From Octopus sinensis (Eukaryota), in NCBI RefSeq assembly GCF_006345805.1, contig NC_043010.1, positions 33,604,001 through 33,668,000 on the forward strand: a DNA stretch of 64,000 nucleotides, in the 5' to 3' direction. A model generated the notes under the pieces. That model was not told the DNA's origin. It saw nothing but the letters and a program-made list of their open reading frames with translations, and searched no databases. Below, piece by piece: positions 1-14,579 of the stretch (within the stretch, counting starts at the first letter, position 1; each line of letters starts with the position of its first letter). The translations under genes were made by a program, and so were the position numbers.

Positions 1-1584
1 CCTTGTACAAGTTCACTTGTTAGTACTCCATGGTGGTGTATTGCAATACTGTAAACACTGACAATTTCATTATAATTTTGTTTATTTTCTTCATTGATGT
101 GCAATATATTGATTTGCAACTCCATGTTCCAATTCATTCCAGGAGAGAACTACTCGCAACAAGCTGGAATCTTATCAAGGAATTAATTTATAAGCCTGAT
201 TGATGTTTGGATCACAGCTGGACAAAATGTTTTTTGGCATTTAATATATAAAATTATGATGAATCTCTTAGTTATTGAAATCTCAGAGTTTGAAAATCTG
301 GTTGAAGTTTTAATAAAGAAAAATATAAGCACTTAAAACCCTTTTGAGACCAGCTTGTCTAAGACCAACTTTTGTTCCGAGATACAAACTTCCTATCACA
401 ATTTTATGTTAAACTATTCCAAGCAAAGGCAGCAAGCTGGCAGAATCGTTAGCACGTGGGGTGGAATGCTTAGCGGCATTTCATCCATCTTTAAGTTCTG
501 AGTTCAAATTCCACTGAAGTTAACTTTGCCTTTCATACTTTCAGGGTCGATAAAATAAGTACCAGTTGAGTACTGGGATCGATGCAATCAAAATACCCCC
601 TTCTCAAAATTGCTGGCCTTGTGCCAAAATTTGAAATCAAATTATATTCCAACCACCAACTTAATAAGGGCAACATTATTTTGCTAAATTCTTGGTTATT
701 TTCAAAATGAATTGAAATAAAGACAGTGTATTTTAACAGAAATACGGTAATGAAAAGGATAAGTCTTGGCAAGTTGCTAACGTGTGTCTATGTTTAATCC
801 TCTAACATTTAAACCAACCATGTACAGCCCAAATATTCTACATAATTTATGTTGCAGCTGGCCAGATCCAGCCTCTCACACCTACCCTACTATGCCATTC
901 TAAACATAAACAATAACATCTTCAAAATTTTGAAGTTGCAACATATTACATGATGGAATTTTAATAAATGTGGATAAATATGCATTACATCTGATAAATC
1001 AATCTGAATACTAAAGGGTTGATATACATCAGTGTATATAGCCCTAGCATTAAGTCTGTGTATATTATATACAGTGTGCAGCCCTGTCAATGTGTATATA
1101 TTTAATATACTACCAGTGTATATAACCATTTCATGATTACTCTAATTGTACTTTATGACTGGATGTATATAAGTGAGAGTGTGTGTGTATATTTGGGTGC
1201 ATGTGTATATTATTGTTAAATATACACCCAATGTATATATATATATATATGAACAATTATATATATGTATATATATATATATATGAACAATTTTAAACAC
1301 TGTTGGATTTTTCTCATAAGGTATTGGAATCTTACATATACCATTCTGCCTAAAAAATGGATCTACAAATTCAATATCCCTACATATCTCACATCTATTT
1401 TCTTTCCGCCACCTCACTCTCTATTTTGTATCTTATCTAAATTAATTATTACTCACTCCGTCTCCGATGAAGGGATATAATTGATAAATATCCTGGAAAC
1501 AGCTGTAAGACCATCTATCTATAAATGTTCTAATATCTACACAGCCTTGGTTTTTTTTATCTCATTACACAAAAAATTCTTTTA

Positions 1585-1625
<41 letters not shown>

Positions 1626-3205
1626 TCTTTTACTTGTTTCAGTCATTTGACTGCGGCCATGCTGGAGCACCATCTTTAGTCGAGCAAATCAACCCCGGGA
1701 CTTATTCTTTGTAAGCCCAGTACTTATTCTATCGGTCTCTTTTTTCCGAACCGCTAGGTGACGGGGACGTAAACACACCAGCATCAGTGTCAAGCAATGC
1801 TAGGGGGACAAACACAGACACACAAATACATATATACGACGGGCTTCTTTCAGTTTCCGTCTACCAAATCTACTCACAAGGCTTTGGTCGGCCCGAGACT
1901 ATAGTAGAAGATACTTGCCCAAGGTGCCACGAATTGGGCTTTATATATATATATATATAGCCCTATCATTGTTTCTCATTGCACCTAATGTGTGTGTATC
2001 TCAGTGCATGTAGGCATTTTTATGTTTAATAAACCAAAAAATAAAGTGCAGTAATATGTGAGAGTGTATCATTGTGCTTTGATGTAAGTGTGGCTCTGTG
2101 AGAGAGAGAAGTGTGCATGTATGTGTGTGTGAGTGTTTGTGCACAATTATCAAGATGCAACAGTGCATGTTTGTCACTCACCACTCATTGGTGTTTGTCA
2201 TTGCACTTTAGTGCATATCATTGCACTCTGGGTGCAAGTCACTGCACCTTGATGTATCACTGCATATGCATGTGGTGTGGATGTCCTTGTTACTGCACTT
2301 TACTGTTTGCATGTCACTGCACTTGGCTGTGTATGTGTGTGTGTGTGGTGTTTAATGAACAGCCAGTGTGATGCAACGAAGATGCAATAAATGTGTGTGT
2401 GTGTGGGAGACTGCACTTTAGTGTATATGTGTAAAAGAGACGATCTGAATCTAGCTCAAGATATAAACCATGTATGTATATGACTGTGTTGGTGTATATA
2501 TGTGCGTTTGTGTTTGCATGTATATGTCGATGTAGTTTTTATACACACGCACACACCGTTGCATTTTGATGTCTATGTTTCGTTTTAATTAGTCAGAGGA
2601 AGAGGAGGGGCAGCACTCATATCGTTGGCAAGTGCCCCCTCACCTCCACCATCACCACCCCTCATACACATGCACAATGTTACATCTTCATGCATGTGTA
2701 TGATGCAGTTGCATTTTAATGCTTGTATACATCATGCACTCTCATGCATGCACACATAGATGTATGTATATGTGTATGTGTGTGTGTATATATATATAAC
2801 AATATATGTATATCTATATATATAGACATATTTTGTTTTTATTGTGTGTATGAGTGTACATATGTATGTGTGCATATATAGATGTGTGTGTGTGTGTGTG
2901 CATACACATTGAATAGATGCATGTATGTGTAAAGTTTATCTTGCCTTCTTTTAAATTTAATTTTCAATATCATTTATCAGCAGAATATTATTTTGAGTTG
3001 TGCAGTGGGGTGGTTGTGTAAGTGAACCAGAAGGAACCAACTGGCAGAGGTGGGGTTAGTCATGGTAGGATTGGGGAGGGTTGGTAGTGAGGCAAGTGGG
3101 AGAGAGGTTGTTAGTGGTCTCCCAATAGAAAACCCTTTGTCACCATCCTCACTTTCTAAGAGGGGAAAACCCACACAAACATGAGAGCTGTATATGAGTG
3201 TGTGT

Positions 3206-3248
<43 letters not shown>

Positions 3249-3429
3249 GCGCGCGTATGTGTATATGACTATGGCTGTATGAATATATGTGTACTAAAGT
3301 TTGTGAGTGTGTGCCTAATGTATGCATATGTATGGGGAAATAAACTCTTTTTACAGACCAAGCGGCACCGAGCCACTGACTATCTCAGCCAACTTGGAGC
3401 CTGATGGATCTTTAAATTGGAATCAGTGT

Positions 3430-4030
3430 CCTATCTGCTGCCGATGCTGCTGTTGCTACTGCCATACTCAGTATCAATTTTATCACCCATTGGCTGCTGC
3501 TACTGTTGATGTTGATGATGATGATTGGGTGGGGTGGGGTAAATCAACACTGGTGGGGACGGTGTTGTTGTTACTGCTGCTGCAGTATCAACTTTATCAC
3601 CATCGGTTTCATTTTTATTATTATTATTATTATGATGATGATGATAGCAGTGATGCTGGTGGTTGTACCGATGGTGCCATTGTTTCTACAACTGCTGCTG
3701 CTGCTGCAAGTTCTGCAGGTTTTGTTCATTTTTGATTGCACAGTTTGCTGCACACTTGAGAACGGTGTCGTCATTGTTGTTGTTATTGTTATTATTTCAA
3801 GTGGGGGGAAGTTGTTGCACTTAACACAATCATTATCACCACCACCACCACCACCACTTTCACCATTGTCCTTGCCGTCATCGTCATCACCATCGTCATC
3901 ATCATTGTTATCATTTTTTTCATCATCATTATCATTGTGACCACCACCACCATTACCAATACCACCACCACCACCACCAGTGCATTACCATCACCACTGT
4001 TATTATAACCCTTCCCTAATAATCATCATT
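3430..4030. repeat. Mixed trinucleotide low-complexity region (TGC, GAT, TAT, CAC, CAT)
   Basis: Produces the spurious poly-residue ORFs in the track; similar regions at 17960-18180 and 45850-46100. Confidence 0.8.
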
Positions 4031-4263
4031 GCTGTCTTTAGGTTAGTGTGGATGAACTGTACTCTCTCTTTGACTCTTTTTACTTGTTTCAGTCATTTGA
4101 CTGCGGCCTTGCTGGAGCACCACCTTTATTCAAGCAAATCGACCCTGGGACTTATTCTTTGTAAGCCCAGTACTTATTCTGTCAGTCTCTTTTGCTGAAC
4201 CGCTAAGTAATGGGGACATAAATACACCAGCATTGGTTGTCAAGCAATGCTAGGGAGACAAAT

Positions 4264-4264
<1 letters not shown>

Positions 4265-4298
<34 letters not shown>

Positions 4299-4627
4299 CA
4301 TATATACAACGCACTTCTTTCAGTCTCCACCTACCAAATCCACTCACAAGGCTTTGGTCGGGCTGAGGCTATAGTAGAAGACACTTGCCCAAGATGCCAC
4401 GCAGTGGGACTGAACCCAGAACCATGTGGTTGGTAAGCAAGCTACTTACCACACAGCCACTCTTCTTTTATCTTTTACTGCAACCATGATGGGACACCAC
4501 CTCCAATGGTATCAGTCAAACAAATCGACCCCAGTACATTTTTTTTTAACCTGGTGCTTATTCCTTTGATCTCTCTTGTGCCAAACTGCTAAGTTACAGA
4601 GATAAACCACATACACAAACACACACA

Positions 4628-4658
<31 letters not shown>

Positions 4659-5027
4659 ACACACACACACACATATATATATACATATATACAACGCACT
4701 TCTTTCAGTCTCCACCTACCAAATCCACTCACAAGGCTTTGGTCGGGCTGAGGCTATAGTAGAAGACACTTGCCCAAGATGCCACGCAGTGGGACTGAAC
4801 CCAGAACCATGTGGTTGGTAAGCAAGCTACTTACCACACAGCCACTCTTCTTTTATCTTTTACTGCAACCATGATGGGACACCACCTCCAATGGTATCAG
4901 TCAAACAAATCGACCCCAGTACATTTTTTTTTAACCTGGTGCTTATTCCTTTGATCTCTCTTGTGCCAAACTGCTAAGTTACAGAGATAAACCCACATAC
5001 ACAAACACACACACACACACACACACA
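4265..5027. repeat. ~385-bp tandem duplication bounded by (CA)n tracts
   Basis: The unique parts (4300-4620 vs 4685-5006) are identical apart from one 1-bp indel. Confidence 0.95.
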
Positions 5028-5146
5028 GAAGACATCAAAATGTCATAAATAAATTCTCCTTAAAAAAAATTGTTTGACACGTTTCCTCGGATATCTATAC
5101 AGTAGAAACATGTATTGGTTAATCTTTTAAAGAGAATATACTGTAA

Positions 5147-5544
5147 CTAGCAGTATCGCCCGGCGTTGCTTGGGTTTGTAAGGGAAATAACTATATAAGC
5201 ATTTTTAGAGAGTTATAGCCAAAAAATAGGAAAAAAATGCATTAAAAATTGAAAAAAAATTAAGGTAATTTTTTTTTTAAATCGTTGACACATCGTAGAT
5301 AATTTTAGAGAGTTACTTCCCTTATATAATAACGAAAAATGTGCATTAAAATGGAAAAATATGATGGTAAATTTTTTTTAAATCGTAGACTCATCGTAGA
5401 CGCGCGCTAATACCCAGAAGGGCTCGATATGAATTATGACTATAAGATACCCGCTTTTGGTTAAACTGCACCGCAAAATGTGGGAGTAGTTACGAATCTA
5501 AATCGTAGGAGACAGACACACAGCTTCACTCTTATATATAAAGA
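5147..5544 (-). mobile_element. Non-autonomous Helitron-like element (398 bp)
   Basis: Minus strand starts A|TC and ends with hairpin CCCAAGCAACGCCGGG, 8 nt, then CTAG|T; inserted between A and T without TSD. Confidence 0.75.
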
Positions 5545-5656
5545 TATAAGCCACGTAGTTATATACACATACTTTGTTATATACACATTCTTAAAAGAAA
5601 ATGTTATTTTGAACACAACATTTACAAAGAATAAAATATTTTTTGGTTTTTCTTAA

Positions 5657-6475
5657 CCCTTTCGTTACTATATTTCTGACCAAAATACACCCCTTATGTG
5701 TTTCAATTAATTTCTAACGTAATCATAAATTAGTCTGGTTTCATTAAACAACTATAACTTTTTTATTTATGAATATATTAATCTGATTTTTGGAAGATAA
5801 TTTAGTGAAATGTTCTCAACCAATTCTATACTATAATTTTTGTCACAAAGTGACTCTAATTGCAGGTAGATACAGGTAAATTCAACAATATATAAAATTA
5901 TTAAAATTTTGTTCAAACATCGCTATAGAAAATGGGTTATTAGCTAATATTCAATTGGGTATACAACAAAATTTTACGATAGAATTTGTTATTCTGGGTA
6001 ACTTTCTAATACCCATAATAATATTTATGGCAAAATAGGCCTTAATTTCATTTAGGTTGTGGGAAATAACAAACTATCGTTTCTTTCGCTTTGTTTAGGT
6101 TGAGATCAAATACCACATGCTTTTTTTTTCAGTCATAGAGTTAGATTTATGAAGGTCTTCAGTAGAAAATCCTTCGAATTCTGACTCGCTGCTTGATATA
6201 ATGAAATTCGTATCCATTTTTTGTCAGAATTACAAATTTTGAAAACACAATAGGAACAAATTTCGGGAAAAAATCTCCCATAATTCACGGAATTAAAATT
6301 ACACTTCGATTTTGTACAAAACTGTAGTTGAACTGTTTACGAAGTATAATACGTGTTTTCACGAATGTTCTAAAGAGATTTACTCTGATATTCTCATTTA
6401 AATATGAATAGGTAAATTCGGGCGGCTTGGTCACATTAACCAAAATTTTTTTCGGGCGGTTTGGTAACGAAAGGG
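5657..6475. mobile_element. piggyBac-like non-autonomous element (819 bp)
   Basis: TTAA on both sides, perfect 12-bp TIR CCCTTTCGTTAC, subterminal direct repeat ttcgggcgg(c/t)ttggt at the right end. Confidence 0.8.
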
Positions 6476-7289
6476 TTAAACGGATGCATACATTTATTAA
6501 TAACTATATATAAGTGTCGTCTGTTTATACATAAACACTGTTTCATACTGCAATTATATATACATATATCTATATATAATATTATATAATAAAATATATA
6601 CAGAGTAAAATAAAAACCAATTTACCTTTTCTGTATTGTTATTCGACCGTCCGTGTGTCTTTGCAAATGTGTTGGAATGATAAGTGAGTTGTGTTTTGGC
6701 ACCTTTTTTTACTAATAACAAACACACACGTGTTTGTATGTAGTTGTTTGAAACGTTTGTGTTTGCCACTCTCATATATGTATGTGTATGCGTGTGTGTG
6801 AGGAATGACACACACACACTCACACACGCACACATGTACATCAATGCTTTTATGAGCGTCATAGAGAGAAACAAATATTACATCGCCATCGCCATAGCCA
6901 TCGCTATCGCATTCTATTTTCTACCTGTCAACACACATTGAATTAGTTTCAGTTTATTCATTGCACACTGTGTGTGTGCGTTTGCGTGTGCTGTAAACCA
7001 GACTAATAAAAGCATTTGACACACACACCAGAATGTGAGTTTTCTGTAAATTTTGCTTAATTGGAGTTTAAATTTTAAAAACTGGACCTGGCATGACGCG
7101 ATGCATTGTACTCTTAAAAATGGTAGGTAAATTGTAATTGAAGAAATCCTATATTGTAGATTTGTATAACTCCCAAAGGGAGGCAGATAAAATCTGCCTT
7201 TTATAATAAGAGATTATGACTGTAATAAACAAATTTGTTTATGTACAATTCTCCATTCTTATTTTAATGTTTTAAATATACACTCTGTA

Positions 7290-7538
7290 CATTGAATGAA
7301 ATCCATAGAAATAAACTCAGGATTTGTGCATCAAATGAAATGCTGTGTGGTTGTTTACCTTAAACCATTTCTCATTGTTCCATAACATTCGATGTGGTTA
7401 GCCAGAAGCTGGATTATGCAGGAGGGCTTGTAAGGTAGTTCTTTTACAGAGCTTAGAAAAACTGAAGGACTGCTGCAATAAGTGTTTGAATCTGAGAGGG
7501 GAATATGTTCAATAAAATCATAATTATCTGATCATCCT
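7290..7538 (+). mobile_element. Small mariner remnant
   Basis: LEKLKDCCNKCLNLRGEYVQ* resembles mariner transposase C-termini; TIRs not clear. Confidence 0.35.
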
Positions 7539-7598
7539 GTATTTTCTTTTACCCAAAGGCAGGAACATTTCGGGACACCCCTCGTGTATGTGTGTGTG

Positions 7599-8194
7599 TG
7601 GGACGAGGTGGTGAGGCACCACCTTCGAACTTTAGGTCTCACCAAGGAAATGACTAGAGATCGAGACCTATGGAAGTATGCTGTGTGTGAGAAGACCCGG
7701 CAGGACAGGTGAGACCATAACCTGTGGCCTCTACCTGGGATGTAGCCAGCCCACTTATGCATACCTTTCCTTCTTGGGACACAAAACTCTACTTGTGAAG
7801 ACCTGTTGAGGCAAGTGAGAATCGAAATCAGAATCAAAATCAAAATCGATCAACATCAATGGAAATTGTAGCTGTGATACCAGTCCCGGTGGCACATAAG
7901 AGAACCATCCGAACGTGGACGTTGCCAGTGCCACCCCGACTGGCCTCCGTGCCGGTGGCATGTAAAAAGCACCATCCGACTGTGGCCGTTGCCAGCCCCG
8001 TCTGGCACCTGTGCTGGTGGCACGTAAAAAGCACCCACTACACTCACGGAGTGGTTGGCGTTAGGAAGGGCATCCAGCCGTAGAAACATTGCCAGATTAG
8101 ACTGGGCCTGGTGCAGCCTTCTGGCTTCCCAGACCCCAGTTGAACCATCCAACCCATGCTAGCATGGAGAGCGGACGCTAAACGATGATGATGA

Positions 8195-8197
<3 letters not shown>
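7599..8197 (+). mobile_element. 5'-truncated RTE-clade LINE 3' end with long 3' UTR and (GAT)n tail
   Basis: 7599-7712 = WDEVVRHHLRTLGLTKEMTRDRDLWKYAVCEKTRQDR*, typical of an RTE ORF C-terminus. The UTR has ~63-66 bp sub-repeats (7888-8040) and ends aaacgatgatgatgat. Confidence 0.75.
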
Positions 8198-8245
<48 letters not shown>

Positions 8246-9471
8246 ATATATATATATATGTCAAAAGGATGTATTATAACACAATTCCACATATACAAAA
8301 ACAGCCATACCAACAATACAACATACCTCCATCACCAGCTGCCCCACGGATATCATTATGGTTCCAATACCTGGGCTGTACCATTCAATCTGGCAGTGTC
8401 AACAGCACTAAAATAAGTGTTGTTTGCAAACAAGCATACCATGTGTGTGTGTGATGGGTTTCTGTCCATTAATTCCACTCATAAGGCTTTGGTCAGCCCA
8501 GGGCTATTGTACAAGACACTTGTTTAAGATGCTATGCAGTGGGACTGAACCCAGAAATATGTGACTGGGAAGCAAACTTCTAACCACACAGCCATGCCTA
8601 CACCTATTATACTACACTCCACTTTACCATGTTTCATTCCACAATTTTATGTCATACTTAGCTACATCATGTTACAATGTTATACACTATTTCGTGAATT
8701 GGTGAGAGGTTCCCTTCTGTGGTCATGTCAGGAATGGCGGTGGGGGTGGATGGATGCACCAATGTTGCATGCCACTGCATCTACAATTTGTCGATATTTG
8801 CTCAGTTTGTTCCAGGCAACTCTCCGTGCAATGTTCCTATCAGACCTCATCACCACAAGATACCTCCTCATCCACTGTGACCATAAGGCATGTGGTCAAC
8901 CAACACAAGCCATCACCCCAGTTGGATCCTCAGAGAAAAGAACATGATACGTGGAATCGAACTTGGAAAATCAAGCAGCATGACTAAACAGCCTGAGCTA
9001 ATGCTCCCATATCATATGTGAAACTCCTTCTATGCATTCACTCTGTTAGAAATAGCAGCCAAATCTCACCTCAAACTAATTCTATCCTTTTTCAGAAATC
9101 AAGAACCCATTGAAAAATGTGGTCATGCTCATCCAGGGCTAGCCTTGGGCTAAGCAACATATGAAATCAGTCTGTATTATGTGCTCCATTGCACAATTCT
9201 CTCCACTCAATGCTTTCTGTGTGGTCTTCCAAACGCACATACACATATACAGGCTGTTAGACATACACACAGTCTGGTTTACAAACACATGCATGTGCAC
9301 ACACACACACACACACATATCAGAGAAACACAATGTCACACTTGCATAGCCACAGATGTAGAGACACCAACAGAAAGCAACACCTGATCATACAGACACA
9401 CTGACCCTGCCCACGCATGCAGACTATCAGATACACAGGCACATATGCAGATTGCTAGGTACATGATGTCA

Positions 9472-9531
<60 letters not shown>

Positions 9532-10905
9532 GAGAAAGACCAACATAAAAGAGACACACACTCACATATATGTGGACAAGAGAGTAGAGGCACTTTGTTA
9601 TGCATAGACAGATACTAAGACTTCTTGTTCAGGTGTGTGTGTGTGTATAACAATATGTCTATTGTGTGTGTCTGTGTGTTGTTTGTGAATGTATCTGTGT
9701 CTTTTTGTATCTTTTTATCTTCTACTTGTTTCAGTCATTGTGTTGTGGCCATACTGTGGCACCAGCTTGATGTGTTGAGTAAATCAATCCTAGTACTTTT
9801 TTTTTTAATCTGATACTTATTCTATTGGTCTTTTTTACCAAATCACTATTTTATGAAGATGTAAACAAACCAACACTCGTTATCAAGCTATGGTGAGACA
9901 CAAATACACACATTTATACAACAGGCTTCCTCGCAGTTTCCATTTACTAAATTTACTAAATTCAGTGCTGTAGTAGAAGACATTTGCCCAAGGTACCATG
10001 GAGTGGAACTGAACCTGGTACATGTTACCAAGTCATGCTTACTCCTGAATGGCTACCAGCTATACTATACTAACAACCACCATCTTCATAAAGCAAGAGT
10101 GAGAGTTGTTGTTAATTAATTGATTTTGTTGTTGAATGTCTGAAATACTGCTAATTATTCAGCAGGGAAATAGAACTTGTTTGTCAGCCAGGTAGTCTGA
10201 GGCAAGCACAGTTATGTATTTTTCCTGGGGACTCAACTCAAGAGAAAGAGTATAGTTTATAGCAAGGCTTGAACTACCGTCTCTGTGATCTGTAATCCTG
10301 CATCTTCAGGGTAAAGGGTAAAAGCTCCCTTCGGTCATGAATGACCATTGGATTGCACCTAGAAAGTTATTCTCCAAGTTCGGGCAAGGTTGTTTACGGA
10401 AGACTAGTAGTTACCCATGCATACCAGTCTTCCCTTTCTACACCGCCAATGTTATCCATAGGAAAGGCAAATGTCAATACAGCTTGGCACTAGTGACATT
10501 GCAACTTGTTTTTACGGCTGAGTGAACTGGAACAACATGAAAATAAAGTGTCTTGCTCAAGAACATGACACACAGCCCGGTCCAAGAATTGAATTCACCA
10601 CCTCATGATTGTGAGCCACTGAACCTTGCACTATCACAAAGTGTGAGATGCTTACAGCACCTAAGTTTTCCAAGCAGTTACCCATCTATGTACCTCCTAG
10701 GTTTGATGAGATGATGTGATCAGATGAGAACCGGTGCATTCAACATGATGTGGCGACAAGGAATCCAGCACTTTCACCTCAATGATAATGTTTAGGATTG
10801 AGTCAGTTACTTTTTTTTCTGTGATAATAGTTAACAAAATCCTCAATGGGCCATTGTCCAGATCTCACCTGTGGGTAGGTTGAACCTGGTGCTGAAATAA
10901 AATGA

Positions 10906-11260
10906 TAATAGAATTGAATAGAATAGAAATAATGTAGAAACAGAATGGGAATAGAAGTAGATTATAATAGAAATAAATAAAAGAATACAAGCGGGACAGA
11001 ATAGAAATGAAATAGAAGACGAATAGAATAGGATACAAGTAGAACTGAACATAAATAAAGTAGATCAGAATGAAAATAGAAATAAGAACAAGTAGAGCTG
11101 AATAGAATAGAAACAGAATAAATTAGAATAGAAATAAAATGGAAATAGAACAGAACAGAACAGAAATAGAACAGAATACAAGTAGAAACAGAATGGAACT
11201 AGAATATTGTAGGAAAGGAAATGGAATGGAAATAGAATAATAATAGAATGGAATACAAAT
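10906..11260. repeat. Degenerate (GAATA)n pentanucleotide satellite
   Basis: Recurrent aatagaatagaa / aacagaa units. Confidence 0.9.
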
Positions 11261-11445
11261 AGAATTGTTCAACATACATGTACAGATGTATGTTAAACCG
11301 TTACTCCAGTCTACTCGGCTGTAACTGAGTGCCAACTATATAGAATAGAAATAGGTTTGATAAAAAAAGGAAAAGAAAAAAGAAATGAAAGTATGCAAAC
11401 AGTTGCTACCACTATGACCATTTTATATCAACAGGTTGTTTAAAC

Positions 11446-11681
11446 CATTAGTTCTGAACCAGGTTCTCGTCCTTACAACCCTTGTGGGGTTGTTATAAGA
11501 TTTTGATGTCAAAAGTTTATCTGTAACACAGTATTTCAACAATTTCTTTATACAATTCCTGATAATATTTAATTATAAAAATATAATACAAATTTTTTAA
11601 CCATCAATTATTTAAGAGGGTCCATCTGACTAGAATAGGAGTCAAAGAGTTCCTTAAGTAATGAATAGTTAAGAAACACTG
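11446..11681. mobile_element. hAT (Charlie-like) MITE, 236 bp
   Basis: Perfect 8-bp TSD GTTTAAAC (11438-11445, 11682-11689); imperfect CAGTGGTTCTCAACC-type TIRs. Confidence 0.8.
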
Positions 11682-11946
11682 GTTTAAACCCGAGAAGAAG
11701 CCTCTTTGTGGTCACTCTGCTTGCTAGAAACAACAACTAAATCATCCTCAAATCACACCCTACGCTCTTGGAAAAGGATATGCTGAATAATATTATGGTC
11801 TTGAATTCCTTGCTCCTAGTAAAAGGATGGGATGGGGATGGCCACTGCTGGAATGCTTTTCATGTTAGGTCTGCTTGGTGAAGGCTGATTTGGTTCTAAA
11901 CTGCAACAGCAGAATGTTTCCTAAATATCACATGGCTATTGGTTAA

Positions 11947-12166
11947 CTCTTTAGCATTTAAACCAGCCACATGCAGCCAAAATATTCTTCCTGTTTTATG
12001 TTCAAACCAGCCATATCTCACCTCTCACACCTACCCTACAATGTCATTCTCGATAGAAACATTCACATTATCGAAATCTCAAAGCTATGAGATACTACAT
12101 AATTAATTGAAATTAACATGAATAAATAAGCAATACATTTGACAGAGTAATCTGAATGTTAAAGGG
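11947..12166. mobile_element. ~220-bp TTAA MITE family (consensus TIR CCCTTTAGCATT)
   Basis: TTAA flanks. Further copies at 798-1018, 35377-35595, 37746-37965 and eroded ones at about 38270-38437 and 40590-40829. Confidence 0.8.
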
Positions 12167-14273
12167 TTAAAGATTCACTCACTAACACACTGCTGTGGTA
12201 CTGTGATCCTTATTTATATCTAAGACAGGTTGAGTTGGCTAAAATGGCTACTTGCTACACTATGCATAAAATACAAAATATTTTACTTTTTTGTAGATTA
12301 GATAGGCATAATTTGCTCCTGCCTTTCAATCTCGGTATTAAAGCTATGCATAGAACTGCTGTAGTACATGTGCTGCGTACATTCCTACAACAATGTTTTC
12401 TTTATGGGCTATAAAGGCAGAAGTAAGTCTGCCTCCAACTCAGTCGCATGTCTGTGTTTCGCTTATTTTTTTGTCTGTTTTAAACATCACCAACTGCCTA
12501 CCCTGAGTAATTACTGGCAACACATGCCTGCTAAGAACACATCACCCACTAACACACTACAACTTAGATATTAAGGGCAAAAACTCCCAAAATATGGCAT
12601 ATACATATACCCACTACCCATTTTTCACCTCCGATCTCATTGTTTGTTTACATCTGATGTCTCAGATATGAAATATAACAAAAATCAGTGCTGGCTATGA
12701 TTTCTATAGAATATCTTGTAGAGATAAACTTAACAAATGACTACAACTTAGGGTATACACACACACATGCTCTGTTTCTTCTTCACCCTCTCTCTCCTTC
12801 CCCCATCTCTCTCTCTCCCTCTGCATATTCTATCACTAGTGCAATGGCCTCTGATCTTTCTGAAAACATAACCAGTTGCATACCACCTGCACTCAAGGCT
12901 ACTTGGCACATTCATCTCCTCACGACCCTTACTGTATCATACTTCAAATCTAGTTCTCATCACATTTCCCAATCCAGTCCTACATCCCCTGAGTGCCCAT
13001 CTCCCTGGAATTCCCTCTTCACTTGAAATGTTCTCTTTTTTTCCCCTCATAGGTGTCTACTTTAGATACTTTCAATCTTAATTTCAGGCATAATGATCTC
13101 ATCCATTTCAGAGTGCCTGTGAAGCTCATGGGCATAACCCCATCCCCCTACCCCTCACCTTCTCTTTGATAAACCATAAAAAAAAGAAGAAGAAGAAATA
13201 GAGAATGGATTGAACAATTTTCTGATGCAACAATGCACTGCAGAAATTTCTATTTCCTTTTTTTTTTTTAAATGTTTATGTTGCATTCTTAGAATCAGCA
13301 ATGCAACCCCAGTGGGTATTTTTCTTCACAACAGTCAAAGACATTTTTTTTTCTTCTCTCCACCTCACCCCACTGTTTTCTAAAAATAACTCTGCCACCA
13401 TGAAAATGTTTCGACTTTCAGTGAAATTCTAAATTCTTTTCCGATCCATATTGGTTGGTGGGAACCAGCAGTATATTTGATGATTCTACTAACATCATGT
13501 CAGAGACAAAACTAGTAGAACAAGCACTTGCAACAAATGCTGACTTTTGTTTTTTGTTGTTGTTTTTTTGTTTGTTTTTTTTTTGTTTTTTTTCTAAGTA
13601 GGTTGGGAGGAGCAGAAAAAATGCCAAACAAATCAGACACACTAGTCATATACTATGATGGACGTTCAATTTTAATTTTTATTGATTAGAAAATTAGCTT
13701 GAATTGAATTGTGAAATTGCATTTATTTTTGATTTGCTTTGTTTTATTTTTTGTGTTTTATTTTTTATTTTTTATTTTTTTAAGAGAGTGGTAAATTGGC
13801 ATCTCTCATAGAATTTCATCCATAATTTGTATGTTTTGGGTAGTAAGACAGACAAACAAACCAAAAAAAAAAAAAATGGAAATGGAAAAAAATTTAATCA
13901 TGTAGTTTCGGGTGTCTACTGAAATCGGTCCATTGTTCTGGCTCTAGAATCAATAATTTAAAGTGCTGGTTTCTTTTGCCATTCTCCCAAATGTTAAAAG
14001 GTTATTCTGAACAAAACCCATATTTTGATGTCAATCGAAGCAGGTATTCTGTGTCCAGAAACTAATTTGTTTTGTGAATGATATTGATTAAATGTGTGTG
14101 TATGTGGAGGAGAATAATTGATTTAGTACAGAGACAGAATGGCCGGGTAGTAGATAGGGGTATTGCACTACCTGCTTAAGAGTTAAGATCAAACCTGCTT
14201 ACTGGCAAATTCATTTTGATTCTGGACAAGTTCTTTTAATCTCTTTATTTTCACTACCCTAGTTCACCTGTTA

Positions 14274-14579
14274 GTGGAGGTACATGGCCTAATGGTTAGA
14301 GCAGCGAACTCGCAGTCGAGGAATCGTGGGTTCGAATCTCAGACCAGGCGATGTGTGTGTTTATGAGCAAAACACTTAAGCTCCACCCGGCTCCAACAGA
14401 AGGTAATGGCAAACTTCTCCTGGCTCTTTTGCCACAACTTTCTCTCACTCTTTCCTCCTGCATCTTGCAGCTCACCTGTGATGGATCAGCGTCCCATCCA
14501 GATGGGGAACCTATACGCCAAAGAAACCGGGAAACCGGCCCATATGAGCCAGGCGTGGCTCGAGGAGGAACAAACAACA
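14274..14579 (+). mobile_element. tRNA-Arg-like SINE, family E1
   Basis: A box TGGCCTAATGG, anticodon-like TCG, B box GGTTCGAATCT; 3' part cctgtgatggatcagcgtcccatccag, recalled as V-domain-like. Confidence 0.75.

Noticed and set aside
2190-2330. Cluster of TGCAC words resembling metal-response elements
   Set aside because: Only one matches TGCRCNC; better explained as a degenerate ~19-bp repeat in TG-rich DNA.
5053-5137. 13-bp inverted repeat enclosing GAAACGTGTC (minus strand)
   Set aside because: No CUGANGA core or C11.1; at most a very decayed relic or a chance hairpin.
10268-10310. cCTGAAGAtgc...GAGACGG on the minus strand
   Set aside because: GAAA is replaced and stem II does not pair; insufficient support.
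14274-14345. Functional tRNA genes at SINE heads
   Set aside because: A/B boxes are present but acceptor stems do not close, and each head continues into a SINE body.
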